A DNA stretch of 64,000 bases. Origin: Macrostomum lignano (lineage: Eukaryota). The stretch is from NCBI GenBank assembly GCA_002269645.1, contig NIVC01001036.1, positions 248,001-312,000 on the forward strand, in the 5' to 3' direction. The number at the start of each line of letters is the position of its first letter. The stretch's first letter is position 1. The position numbers and the translations under genes are program-made. The notes under the pieces are model-generated. The model made no database searches. It saw only the letters and a list, made by a program, of their open reading frames with translations, and was not told where the DNA came from. Of the stretch, positions 26,501 through 39,075 are shown one piece after another.

Positions 26501-29500
26501 CTGTCTTTCATGACTATCTACCAGTGTTCACGCCTGTCTTTCATGACTATCTACCAGTGTTCACGCCTGTCTTTCATGACTATCTACCAGTGTTCACGCC
26601 TGTCTTTCATGACTATCTACCAGTGTTCACGCCTGTCTTTCATGACTATCTACCAGTGTTCACGCCTGTCTTTCATGACTATCTACCAGTGTTCACGCCT
26701 GTCTTTCATGACTATCTACCAGTGTTCACGCCTGTCTTTCATGACTATCTACCAGTGTTCACGCCTGTCTTTCATGACTATCTACCAGTGTTCACGCCTG
26801 TCTTTCATGACTATCTACCAGTGTTCACGCCTGTCTTTCATGACTATCTACCAGTGTTCACGCCTGTCTTTCATGACTATCTACCAGTGTTCACGCCTGT
26901 CTTTCATGACTATCTACCAGTGTTCACGCCTGTCTTTCATGACTATCTACCAGTGTTCACGCCTGTCTTTCATGACTATCTACCAGTGTTCACGCCTGTC
27001 TTTCATGACTATCTACCAGTGTTCACGCCTGTCTTTCATGACTATCTACCAGTGTTCACGCCTGTCTTTCATGACTATCTACCAGTGTTCACGCCTGTCT
27101 TTCATGACTATCTACCAGTGTTCACGCCTGTCTTTCATGACTATCTACCAGTGTTCACGCCTGTCTTTCATGACTATCTACCAGTGTTCACGCCTGTCTT
27201 TCATGACTATCTACCAGTGTTCACGCCTGTCTTTCATGACTATCTACCAGTGTTCACGCCTGTCTTTCATGACTATCTACCAGTGTTCACGCCTGTCTTT
27301 CATGACTATCTACCAGTGTTCACGCCTGTCTTTCATGACTATCTACCAGTGTTCACGCCTGTCTTTCATGACTATCTACCAGTGTTCACGCCTGTCTTTC
27401 ATGACTATCTACCAGTGTTCACGCCTGTCTTTCATGACTATCTACCAGTGTTCACGCCTGTCTTTCATGACTATCTACCAGTGTTCACGCCTGTCTTTCA
27501 TGACTATCTACCAGTGTTCACGCCTGTCTTTCATGACTATCTACCAGTGTTCACGCCTGTCTTTCATGACTATCTACCAGTGTTCACGCCTGTCTTTCAT
27601 GACTATCTACCAGTGTTCACGCCTGTCTTTCATGACTATCTACCAGTGTTCACGCCTGTCTTTCATGACTATCTACCAGTGTTCACGCCTGTCTTTCATG
27701 ACTATCTACCAGTGTTCACGCCTGTCTTTCATGACTATCTACCAGTGTTCACGCCTGTCTTTCATGACTATCTACCAGTGTTCACGCCTGTCTTTCATGA
27801 CTATCTACCAGTGTTCACGCCTGTCTTTCATGACTATCTACCAGTGTTCACGCCTGTCTTTCATGACTATCTACCAGTGTTCACGCCTGTCTTTCATGAC
27901 TATCTACCAGTGTTCACGCCTGTCTTTCATGACTATCTACCAGTGTTCACGCCTGTCTTTCATGACTATCTACCAGTGTTCACGCCTGTCTTTCATGACT
28001 ATCTACCAGTGTTCACGCCTGTCTTTCATGACTATCTACCAGTGTTCACGCCTGTCTTTCATGACTATCTACCAGTGTTCACGCCTGTCTTTCATGACTA
28101 TCTACCAGTGTTCACGCCTGTCTTTCATGACTATCTACCAGTGTTCACGCCTGTCTTTCATGACTATCTACCAGTGTTCACGCCTGTCTTTCATGACTAT
28201 CTACCAGTGTTCACGCCTGTCTTTCATGACTATCTACCAGTGTTCACGCCTGTCTTTCATGACTATCTACCAGTGTTCACGCCTGTCTTTCATGACTATC
28301 TACCAGTGTTCACGCCTGTCTTTCATGACTATCTACCAGTGTTCACGCCTGTCTTTCATGACTATCTACCAGTGTTCACGCCTGTCTTTCATGACTATCT
28401 ACCAGTGTTCACGCCTGTCTTTCATGACTATCTACCAGTGTTCACGCCTGTCTTTCATGACTATCTACCAGTGTTCACGCCTGTCTTTCATGACTATCTA
28501 CCAGTGTTCACGCCTGTCTTTCATGACTATCTACCAGTGTTCACGCCTGTCTTTCATGACTATCTACCAGTGTTCACGCCTGTCTTTCATGACTATCTAC
28601 CAGTGTTCACGCCTGTCTTTCATGACTATCTACCAGTGTTCACGCCTGTCTTTCATGACTATCTACCAGTGTTCACGCCTGTCTTTCATGACTATCTACC
28701 AGTGTTCACGCCTGTCTTTCATGACTATCTACCAGTGTTCACGCCTGTCTTTCATGACTATCTACCAGTGTTCACGCCTGTCTTTCATGACTATCTACCA
28801 GTGTTCACGCCTGTCTTTCATGACTATCTACCAGTGTTCACGCCTGTCTTTCATGACTATCTACCAGTGTTCACGCCTGTCTTTCATGACTATCTACCAG
28901 TGTTCACGCCTGTCTTTCATGACTATCTACCAGTGTTCACGCCTGTCTTTCATGACTATCTGCCAGTGTTCACGCCTGTCTTTCATGACTATCTACCAGT
29001 GTTCACGCCTGTCTTTCATGACTATCTACCAGTGTTCACGCCTGTCTTTCATGACTATCTACCAGTGTTCACGCCTGTCTTTCATGACTATCTACCAGTG
29101 TTCACGCCTGTCTTTCATGACTATCTACCAGTGTTCACGCCTGTCTTTCATGACTATCTACCAGTGTTCACGCCTGTCTTTCATGACTATCTACCAGTGT
29201 TCACGCCTGTCTTTCATGACTATCTACCAGTGTTCACGCCTGTCTTTCATGACTATCTACCAGTGTTCACGCCTGTCTTTCATGACTATCTACCAGTGTT
29301 CACGCCTGTCTTTCATGACTATCTACCAGTGTTCACGCCTGTCTTTCATGACTATCTACCAGTGTTCACGCCTGTCTTTCATGACTATCTACCAGTGTTC
29401 ACGCCTGTCTTTCATGACTATCTACCAGTGTTCACGCCTGTCTTTCATGACTATCTACCAGTGTTCACGCCTGTCTTTCATGACTATCTACCAGTGTTCA

Positions 29501-30915
29501 CGCCTGTCTTTCATGACTATCTACCAGTGTTCACGCCTGTCTTTCATGACTATCTACCAGTGTTCACGCCTGTCTTTCATGACTATCTACCAGTGTTCAC
29601 GCCTGTCTTTCATGACTATCTACCAGTGTTCACGCCTGTCTTTCATGACTATCTACCAGTGTTCACGCCTGTCTTTCATGACTATCTACCAGTGTTCACG
29701 CCTGTCTTTCATGACTATCTACCAGTGTTCACGCCTGTCTTTCATGACTATCTACCAGTGTTCACGCCTGTCTTTCATGACTATCTACCAGTGTTCACGC
29801 CTGTCTTTCATGACTATCTACCAGTGTTCACGCCTGTCTTTCATGACTATCTACCAGTGTTCACGCCTGTCTTTCATGACTATCTACCAGTGTTCACGCC
29901 TGTCTTTCATGACTATCTACCAGTGTTCACGCCTGTCTTTCATGACTATCTACCAGTGTTCACGCCTGTCTTTCATGACTATCTACCAGTGTTCACGCCT
30001 GTCTTTCATGACTATCTACCAGTGTTCACGCCTGTCTTTCATGACTATCTACCAGTGTTCACGCCTGTCTTTCATGACTATCTACCAGTGTTCACGCCTG
30101 TCTTTCATGACTATCTACCAGTGTTCACGCCTGTCTTTCATGACTATCTACCAGTGTTCACGCCTGTCTTTCATGACTATCTACCAGTGTTCACGCCTGT
30201 CTTTCATGACTATCTACCAGTGTTCACGCCTGTCTTTCATGACTATCTACCAGTGTTCACGCCTGTCTTTCATGACTATCTACCAGTGTTCACGCCTGTC
30301 TTTCATGACTATCTACCAGTGTTCACGCCTGTCTTTCATGACTATCTACCAGTGTTCACGCCTGTCTTTCATGACTATCTACCAGTGTTCACGCCTGTCT
30401 TTCATGACTATCTACCAGTGTTCACGCCTGTCTTTCATGACTATCTACCAGTGTTCACGCCTGTCTTTCATGACTATCTACCAGTGTTCACGCCTGTCTT
30501 TCATGACTATCTACCAGTGTTCACGCCTGTCTTTCATGACTATCTACCAGTGTTCACGCCTGTCTTTCATGACTATCTACCAGTGTTCACGCCTGTCTTT
30601 CATGACTATCTACCAGTGTTCACGCCTGTCTTTCATGACTATCTACCAGTGTTCACGCCTGTCTTTCATGACTATCTACCAGTGTTCACGCCTGTCTTTC
30701 ATGACTATCTACCAGTGTTCACGCCTGTCTTTCATGACTATCTACCAGTGTTCACGCCTGTCTTTCATGACTATCTGTACCAGTGTTCACGCCTGTCTTT
30801 CATGACTATCTACCAGTGTTCACGCCTGTCTTTCATGAGTGTTCACGCCTATGACTATCTACCAGTGTTCACGCCTGTCTTTCATGACTATCTACCAGTG
30901 TTCACACGTGTCTTT
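20590..30915. repeat. 33-bp minisatellite (ACCAGTGTTCACGCCTGTCTTTCATGACTATCT), about 310 copies, filling ASPG intron 2
   Basis: Exact 33-bp period, with 35-bp (+GT) variants mostly near the left end. Confidence 0.99.
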
Positions 30916-30950
30916 CACAAGTCCCCTACAGTTAAAATTATGGCTCGCAC

Positions 30951-31676
30951 CTGATTGCACAGTGTATCGTGCACCCGGAATTTCCTAGTATGATCGGCTC
31001 CAAGCACCCGGTGCCAGTACACGTGCACATCAATGCCCAGCTTAGCCAACGGATTACAATTAGGCGAGGCGAATGCGTCAAAGTCGTTAGTTGAAATCTT
31101 CGTACACCGGTTGCCGCGCAACAACTCGTTATGAAAGAAGACGCAAACCTCGGGCACGCAGTAGAATCCAGCCAAGATTAATGCGCCTAGAAAGTTGTCG
31201 CGGCCATCGCTGCGGCATTCAATAATAGGAATCTGGGAGCCAGTGACAATAACCGGCTTGCCGAGATTCTCAAGCAGGAAGGACAGAGCCGAGGCTGTAT
31301 AGCACATCGTGTCCGTGCCGTGCAGTATGACAAAGCCGTCAAAGAAGTCGTACTCAAGGCCAATATCGGCCGCTATGCGCAGGTGATCGTCCATGGTCAT
31401 GTCGGACGAGTCTAGCAGCGGCTCGTACTCGTAGATGACGTACAACAGGGTCCGGTTGCCAACGCTAGTGGGCAGAGCGAATGGCAGGTCAACGGCGCCC
31501 AGACTGGTGTCAGTGGCGATCTCCCAATCGTCCTCGGTCATTAGGGAGCGCAGGCATTGGTTATCGTGCAATACCTTTGTGTGGCGAATAGCATCTCCCA
31601 GGTAATTGGCTACGGGTACGTAGGCGCCGTTCTCTGATTTCATACCGATTGTGCCGCCAGTGTACAGTACCAGGAC
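30951..31676 (-). CDS. ASPG: Asparaginase, exon 2 (catalytic N-domain)
   Basis: VLVLYTGGTIGM, HGTDTM, TGSQIP and RCTKISTNDFDAFASPN are type I L-asparaginase signatures. Acceptor CTCAG|GTC, donor CAG|GTGCGA, both phase 0. Confidence 0.95.
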
Positions 31677-31959
31677 CTGAGAGTAGAAGTTGAATAACAA
31701 ATAGCCTTATATTACTTGATGATTTTCGCCCGGCGCTCCTACTGAATAGTAGCAAGATAAGAATGTGAAGCGAATCTTTATAGTGTACACAAAAACAGTT
31801 GCGCAATTTTAGGTAAACTAGCAATCATCGCCCCACGTTAGGGAGGCAACAGAGAGAGGAATTATATTTTTCGAATAAACTATAAATGTAGCATTTGACC
31901 TTTCACAGTTACAAAGTTAGTTTCTGAAGAAAAACATCTTTTTAAAGCAAAAACATGAA

Positions 31960-32377
31960 CTTTCACATCTCAGCAGTTCCCTCATGAGCCTTGAAATCTT
32001 AGTGATTCCCCCATGAGCCTTGACATCTCAGTGATTGCCCTATGAGCCTTGACATCTAAGCAGTTCCCCATGAACTTTGACATCTTCGCAGTTCCCCATA
32101 AGCCTTGACATCTTAGCAATTCCCCCATGAGCCTTGACCTCTCAGCAGTTCCCCCTGAGCCTTGACATCTCAGGGATTCCCCCCTGAGCCTTGACATCTA
32201 AGCAGTTCCCCATGAGCTTTGACATCTTCGCAGTTCCCCCATGAGCCTTGACATCTCAGCAGTTCCCCATGAGCCTTGACCTCTCAGCAGTTCCCCCTGA
32301 GCCTTGACATCTCAGGGATTCCCCCCTGAGCCTGGACATCTCAGCAATTTCCCCATGAGCCTGGACATCTCAGCAGC
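31960..32377. repeat. About 21-bp degenerate minisatellite in ASPG intron 1
   Basis: Tandem (A)TGAGCCTTGACATCTCAGCAGTTCCCC-type units. Confidence 0.88.
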
Positions 32378-32498
32378 CTGTAATAATACTAAAATAAAGT
32401 AGATGTACCCGTACTGGCTTAGCAATAACCAAGGCCAATTCTGCTTAGCTTGGAAAGACGAAAAATATGGAAACGGGAGTTATGCTATAAACTTTTAC

Positions 32499-32831
32499 CT
32501 TTGACACCTTGGTTAGTGTCAGATCGAGCAGTTCCATAGCTTGGAAAGCCATAGTGAAGTTGAATTTTTTCAACTGCTTAGGCTGATAATTCTGGTCAAT
32601 AGTGCTTTGAAACGGAGCCGACAGGCTGTGAACCCGGCCGCGGTGCTGCGCCTCGGCCAGCATGCGGGCCATCCGATCGCCGAATTCCTTCTTACGCGAT
32701 TGCAGCACCTTTGACGGGCTCATTGGAGTCTGTGAGGAGCTGGAGCTGCCAGTGGCAGCGGCGGCAGCTTCATTAGATTCCGATGGCACAGCGCCGCTGT
32801 TGCTGCTGTCGGCAAATACTTCGGGATCCAT
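32499..32831 (-). CDS. ASPG: Asparaginase, exon 1 (N-terminal extension)
   Basis: MDPEVFADSS...LDLTLTKVSK with donor AAG|GTAAAA in phase 0; joining gives ...SKVLVLYTGGTIGM. Confidence 0.75.
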
Positions 32832-35618
32832 CTGGTCTGTTCAGGCTTGGTAGCGTGTAGCGCATGCATTCATTTAATAAACTGCATAGACCATGTATAT
32901 CTCAGGACAATGTATAGCTTACCCTTTCTTGGAGATACTAACCTATTATAGTCAAATTGGATTGAAGCTTGGCCTAATTTGCCTTGCATTTGATATAATT
33001 TCCTTTCAAACTGTTATGGAACACAAGTACTAACCATAGCTAGTTCTGCTTAACTTGAAAGTCTAGTTGCAGATGCATGAAAATATTTAGAAAGCAAGCT
33101 TTTATCTTTGCTGACTCAAAATCTTTATCAATACTTGCTTTATCTTAACTGAAACATAGGCCTGAGAAATTAAAGGCTAAGTTCTAACTACTAGATTCTA
33201 TTTGTCTTTTTCAATATATTGCTTCTAGAATATAATCTTATAAGCAAGTAATAAATGAGAAAAGCATTTGATAGGACATAACATAAGAATTTGTTCATAA
33301 AAATAACTTATATGCTGAATAATAATAGAAAGTTGCTTTCAGACTAGCTTAATTTATAGATATAGAAATGAATATTGTCAAAAATATCAAAATACCTATA
33401 AAAATATATTTTTATTCATAGAGAAATATTTTTTAATATAAAAACTATACTTTCATTGGTCTATAGCCCTAATCTACTTGATTCCAATAGTTCTGTTTTA
33501 TGTTTTTCTAAATTAGGCCTATATATGTGCAATCCCTGTGATTTACACTGGCTATGCAATTTTCTTAAGTTTTTTTATACTTAGTTTTTTAATATATTGA
33601 ATTTCTACTAGCTTCCTAAAATAATATAATATTGTCATTGATACTTTAGGACAAACAATAATGAACTTTTAATATTTGGATAGATAGTTCAATTTGGCAC
33701 TAGTGCAGTTCTGTTCACAATTTTTTTCTTTTGAATTTGTGCCAGCTTCAATTATATTGTAGTGCCTTCAATTTAATATAATAGTATAATAGCAATAGCC
33801 AATAATAATATGCATAGGAATTATATGTAAAGTAAAGATAAACTCCTAGTCTCCTATTGTGTTTTTTATTTAGGGACTAACAAAGAATTGGTAAAGTCAA
33901 AGAGCAAATAAATAGCTTAACTTGAACTAAAAAAAGATGTAAATTTTATACCAAATTGGCTTAGAAAACACACAGTAAGCTGGCCTTAGTGGTCCAGCAA
34001 GCTATAGTATAGATTAGGCTTTCTAGCCTTTAGAAGGCAATAAAATCAAAATAATGCTAAAAATAGTTATGAATGGTTATGGCATTAATTATATGTTCTT
34101 CATTAGTGATTAGTGCTCAACTTTCAAGGTGCTATCAAATCAAATCTTAGTAGAGCTTTGTTTAGGCTACATTGATAAAATATTAAAAATGGCAGAATAA
34201 AACGCCATAATTATTTAACAGCAAACACTGAGCACAGTATGAAGTCAAGGAATACAACGTACAAGATCTGCTTTGTATAAAATTACAAATTAGGCAACAA
34301 ACCAAGGACATAGTTTCAGCGGTCGTCTGGTTAGCGGGGGTGTGTCTCTTCTTATTTTTTTACTTTTAACCATTTACTCTTCTTTTTTAGAGTTAAAAGC
34401 TATTTTTTATTTCCTATACTAGAGTTTTACGACGTTAAAAACGGTTTTCTATAGCTGAATGTTCGACTTTGTTATTACTTGCGCGAAATTTTGTAGCACT
34501 TTTTCAATTTTAGATTGACAATTTCTTTGGCCTCATTCGAACGGCCTGAGTCATGGTAAGCATTTATTCTAAAGTAATATTATATGTTGCTAACTATTAT
34601 TTTGTATTTAGGTAGCTTCCACCATCCAACAAATAGGAGCTTAACCTTCAAACCAAAGCGTCAATAGCAATGTTTAGAGATGAAAAATTTAAAGACCACG
34701 TAGACCAGTCCGACGAGCTCGGCTGTCTCGCCGGCAGGATGAACAATTGTCGAAAATTGTCAGAGATTGCAAACGAACCACACAAGTCCCATTATTCAGC
34801 GCACTTAATGTAGCACAGTACACCCCGCCCTGCTAAGATCTCGGATCTCGGAGTGAAACAGAGAGTTAATCTGGATTATTTCTGAACCGGACGTGAGCAA
34901 AAAGTACTTGTAGAAAGCAAAGTTTAAATTTAATTTATTTGATTTGATTTAAATACTTAGTTTAGGTAGCAAGGATTTAAAGAATGTTTTATACAGGTAA
35001 AAAATGCATTTAAGAGACTGCATAATCTTGGATATGAAGCACGATAATACATAAAATTATTTCCATCTGTATAACAGCTCAAAATGCCGTAAAAATAGAT
35101 TTTCTACTTAAAGTAGTATATTGTTATATACGAGCGTCAGTGGAAGTTGGAAGAACTGAAGGGCCACAGGTGCAACTGATATTGAGATTTGTTTTCTTAC
35201 CTACTCGTCCGTGTAGTGCATGCTTTTCGTTGCGCTGCCTTCAGCAAACCGTCCATTCAATTTAGAGTTTGGTGGGTCATGACCAGGTTAAAACTAAATT
35301 TACTTCAACCCTCTAGAGTATGATCGAGGGAAAATCTGCCAAAAGGTATGCCCATCAAATAGAAGAAGTTCGTGAACACCGTATGTTTACGTTGGGTGAT
35401 CATTCTACATTCGATCGATTCCGTTGGATTTGTATACTTTTACTGACTGCTGGGGCACACACATAGGCAAGCAGAAGTGCGATGTAATGCATTATAGTTT
35501 TTCTAACCTTGCTACAGCAGCAAAAAAGAGGAAAGTTTGAAGAGAGTTGCTGAAAATTATTATTATAGATAAAATCACATGTGCAAAACAGGTATTTATA
35601 CGTCGTACGAACGCAACC

Positions 35619-35837
35619 CACGGTTGGGCTGGAATAAGATTTCGGGGTAAAAAAATGCCCAATAAAACGACCACTGCAGTGTGATAGAGGAACATCTCAG
35701 CTGCTAGGGGAATATTTTCCTAAAATGAAATCGGTTTGTCCTGACCAGTTATGCCTAATTATGTTAATTAGCTAGCATAATTAATTTATGTACTCGAAAT
35801 TAGCCGCTTCCTTCGTGTGAAACCGCCCAAAAACTGC
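35619..35837 (+). repeat. Left terminal inverted repeat
   Basis: CACGGTTGGGCTGGAATAAG...AAAAACTGC; reverse complement of 38857-39075. Confidence 0.96.
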
Positions 35838-36202
35838 CCTTATGGCCTGGTCTGCTTTTATGTTTTTATGATATAAACTGCTATTATACTGGATGAGCAG
35901 TTGCTAATCAGAATGTATGCAGCAGCCAATGCTCTGCTCTAGCTTCAATATGAACTGTTGTGCTCTAGGTCTCACGCACTCTCTTTGCTCAATATCGAAA
36001 TTAGCACATGAACGTACGTACGTTCGTACTGTTCTATTTCATATGCGTCGGACTGTCAGATGTACATTGATTATTGCAACTTTCATAGCCAACTCATATC
36101 AGCACTCAAATAAATATCACAACCAATACTCAAGTCAAGGCCAAATTCAAAACATTTGTCTCTTGCATCAGTGGCCAGCGATCAATTTCAGAATTTCAGA
36201 AT

Positions 36203-38245
36203 ATGCCGAATGCAAAAAAATCACATGAGGAGTGCAGAGAGAGTCTGTGTTTGCTCTGTTTGCGGAAAGCCTCGCGCTCAATTTGGTCGGTAGCCAATTT
36301 TTCTGCTGAGGATTTGGTGCCGAATTTCGCCTCTGTACAGCACATTCTGCCGACCGGCTTGTGTGACGGGTGTCGACGCATCATTTCATCTCTATCTGGT
36401 CCAGCGCCTCGTGAGTTGCCACCAAGGCTAAACTATGAGCAGATGGTTGCCGACCTGCAGAGTCTGCCTCCGTCCACAAGAAATAATCCGCATTGCTCTT
36501 GCGAACTGTGCGAGCTTGCCAGATCGAAGAACAGCAGCAAGTTGACAACTTCTGTCAGCTCTTACAGTACTGGCGCTGCTGCATCTCGTCCAGGACGACC
36601 TCGAAAACATCCATTGTCGGCAGCTGATGCAGCACAACCACAGTTCATTTGCTCGTTTTGTCGATCAGAAATTGGCCGTGGCAAGAAACACAACTGCTCA
36701 AGAGCAACGCGACTGACTAATCTGCAGCAGGGTGTCAGTCCTGATACGCAGGACATGCTGGCCAGCAGCTGCATATCAACAAAGGCTGCAGCAAGTGGCT
36801 CCAGCTGTGTTTCCTTGTCACGGATGGAAGGTGGTCGCCCAATGCGCGTGACTGTTGGTGCTAGTGTGGGCAATGGAGCAACCAGCTTCCCTGCAACTTC
36901 TATCAGCACAATGAAGACACTGAAAGGTGTGCTGAATCTTAGCAACAATCAGACGCTGCAGGTCGCGCAGGTACTGAGAGCTGGTGCAAGCTCTTCGCGA
37001 GCAGTTGAATCTAGGCTGAAAGATTCATTAGTGACTCAGAATCGTGTATTGGAAGACTTTTTTAAACTTAAGACACTTCAATTCGAGCTGTCATCTTCTG
37101 CCATTGGTGATCGTGCTGCTGTCCTCTGCACTGATGCTTCGCGCCTCATTGAATTTATTGTCCAACAGCGAGGAGCCTCTAACTTCGAATGCCGGCTGGG
37201 GCTTGATGGTGGCGGAGGTTTTTTTAAGATTTGCGTGTCTGTCGTTGCGTCCACGTCTGACCATCAGGTGCACGGCGGTGCTGCTGCAGTTCACGAAAGT
37301 GTGCGACGCCACTCACAGTTCAATGACGCCGGAGTGAAAAAAATTATAGTTCTCGCAATCGTCAACGACATCTCAGAAACGTACAAAAATGTAAAAACAC
37401 TGCTACAGGCTGTTTCTGTGGTAGAGCTGTCTGCTGTGACTGTCACAGACATGAAGCTAGCAAACATTCTCTGCGGACTCCAGCCTCACTCGTGTGCTCA
37501 CCCATGTCCGTACTGCGAGTCTACTGCACCACTGACGACAAGCGGCAGGCCACGAACCCTCGGTAGAATTCGGCAGAAAGTGCAGGAGTTCAATTCTGCT
37601 GGACGAGTTTGGAGCAGAGCGAAGCAGTTCATGAACTGTGTCAATCTGCCGCTGCTGGCTGGTGATGATGACGAGGAAGTGCTGATGCTGCTGCCCCCTC
37701 CTGAACTGCATCTTCTGCTCGGAATCAGTAACAAATTGCTTGATTCTTTGAACGAAGCTTGGGGCGAAGACCGCGGATTTGCATGGCTACAATCTCACGG
37801 CATCGTGCGAGCGGGGTACCGCGGCGGCACAATGGAAGGCAACGCTTGTCGCAAATTGCTGCTGATGGCTGAGGTTCTTCTTGAAGACGTTCCTCATGAA
37901 CTACAGCCCTTCGCCCAGTGCTTGATTTGCTTCAACAGCGTTGTTAATGGAGCATTTGGCCAGGAATTGGTCCCGGATTTTGGTGAGCGAATCGAAAATT
38001 TTGGAGCTGCATACCTGGCACTGGGATTGACTGTCACGCCCAAAGTGCATGTTCTCCTTTGCCACGTGAGCGACTTCTGCCATCGCACTGGTCGTGCACT
38101 TGGAACTTGTAGCGAACAGGCAGTAGAGAGCGCACACTCGGATTTCCAGCGGACTTGGCAGCGCTACAGGCTGCCAGCCGATCACCCACAGTTCGGCAAT
38201 AGGCTGCTGCAGGCAACAGTGGCGTATAACAGCTGGCATATCTAA
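36203..38245 (+). CDS. 680-aa DDE transposase, Chapaev/Transib/RAG1-like
   Basis: N-terminal H-x7-CxxC...CxxC...HCxCxxC zinc finger; AT-hook GRPRK; CxxC..HxC finger. Putative catalytic D335 (LGLDGG), D416 (TDMKL) and E642 (SEQAVESAH). Zn ligands C435/C438 and H616-x4-H621; MEGNACRKLL motif. Confidence 0.9.
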   Translation: MPNAKKSHEECRESLCLLCLRKASRSIWSVANFSAEDLVPNFASVQHILPTGLCDGCRRIISSLSGPAPRELPPRLNYEQMVADLQSLPPSTRNNPHCSCELCELARSKNSSKLTTSVSSYSTGAAASRPGRPRKHPLSAADAAQPQFICSFCRSEIGRGKKHNCSRATRLTNLQQGVSPDTQDMLASSCISTKAAASGSSCVSLSRMEGGRPMRVTVGASVGNGATSFPATSISTMKTLKGVLNLSNNQTLQVAQVLRAGASSSRAVESRLKDSLVTQNRVLEDFFKLKTLQFELSSSAIGDRAAVLCTDASRLIEFIVQQRGASNFECRLGLDGGGGFFKICVSVVASTSDHQVHGGAAAVHESVRRHSQFNDAGVKKIIVLAIVNDISETYKNVKTLLQAVSVVELSAVTVTDMKLANILCGLQPHSCAHPCPYCESTAPLTTSGRPRTLGRIRQKVQEFNSAGRVWSRAKQFMNCVNLPLLAGDDDEEVLMLLPPPELHLLLGISNKLLDSLNEAWGEDRGFAWLQSHGIVRAGYRGGTMEGNACRKLLLMAEVLLEDVPHELQPFAQCLICFNSVVNGAFGQELVPDFGERIENFGAAYLALGLTVTPKVHVLLCHVSDFCHRTGRALGTCSEQAVESAHSDFQRTWQRYRLPADHPQFGNRLLQATVAYNSWHI

Positions 38246-38856
38246 TGCAGTGACATATTTAATGCGGTGATGGCTTTTCATTTGACTAAATTTACTGTCG
38301 TGTTGTGCAGCCTACTTTGCTGCATGCTGTTGTTACCAGCACTACTACATGGATGAAGAAAAACAGTATAATAGGAGCAATACTTCCATGACAATTTGTG
38401 AAGGGATCTATCTAAAAGTTCAACATCCAAAAGTTTGAATATTGATTCTATTGGCAATGGAAGTAATTCAAAAGAAATATTCAATATCTAAAAAAACTTT
38501 TGACCCAGACTTTTCTGCTCAGATTAGCAATATTCTCTTCTTTATCTGTGACATGTATCTCGTAGTACCTGCATGCTAAAACATAAACTGATCATGAATT
38601 GCTATATAAGTTATATTATAATTATATCATATATTTAATTTTATTGATATAAATTTTAATAGGTGCTATCCAAATGTCCAACCTGCTGCTCAGTTTTGAA
38701 GAGACCCTTTCTCTGAAACGCAGGATATTTCTATTTTTTTCTTTAATTTTTGAGTACTAATAATATGAACTACAAAGTGCTCACTTTCTATAACTAATAC
38801 TAATATATATTGATATTAAATAGCTACAGATTTTAATGCGAACACAGCTCATAAAA

Positions 38857-39075
38857 GCAGTTTTTAGGCGATTTCACATGAAGGAAGCGGCTAATTTCGA
38901 GTACATAAATTAATTATGCTAGCTAATTAACATAATTAGGCATAACTGGTCAGGACAAACCGATTTCATTTTAGGAAAATATTCCCCTAGCAGCTGAGGT
39001 GTTCCTCTATCACACTGCAGTGGTCGTTTTATTGGGCATTTTTTTACCCCGAAATCTTATTCCAGCCCAACCGTG
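38857..39075 (-). repeat. Right terminal inverted repeat
   Basis: GCAGTTTTTAGGCG...CCAGCCCAACCGTG; reverse complement of the left TIR. Confidence 0.96.

Larger units (their letters stand above)
35619..39075 (+). mobile_element. Full-length DNA transposon, Chapaev/RAG1-like lineage
   Basis: 219-bp TIRs (35619-35837 and 38857-39075, 4 mismatches) with CAC...GTG termini; 4-bp TSD AACC (35615-35618 and 39076-39079); one internal transposase ORF. Confidence 0.93.

Noticed and set aside
20590-30915. CRISPR-like array (33-bp repeat length)
   Set aside because: Units are head-to-tail with no unique spacers, there are no cas genes, and the context is eukaryotic.
22859-30954. 2648-aa and 2455-aa ORFs
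   Set aside because: Artefacts of a 33-bp (multiple of 3) tandem unit that is stop-free in two frames, lying antisense within ASPG intron 2.
35838-36228. Possible RAG2-like or second ORF within the transposon
   Set aside because: Only short AT-rich ORFs (103 aa or less) without kelch or PHD features flank the transposase.
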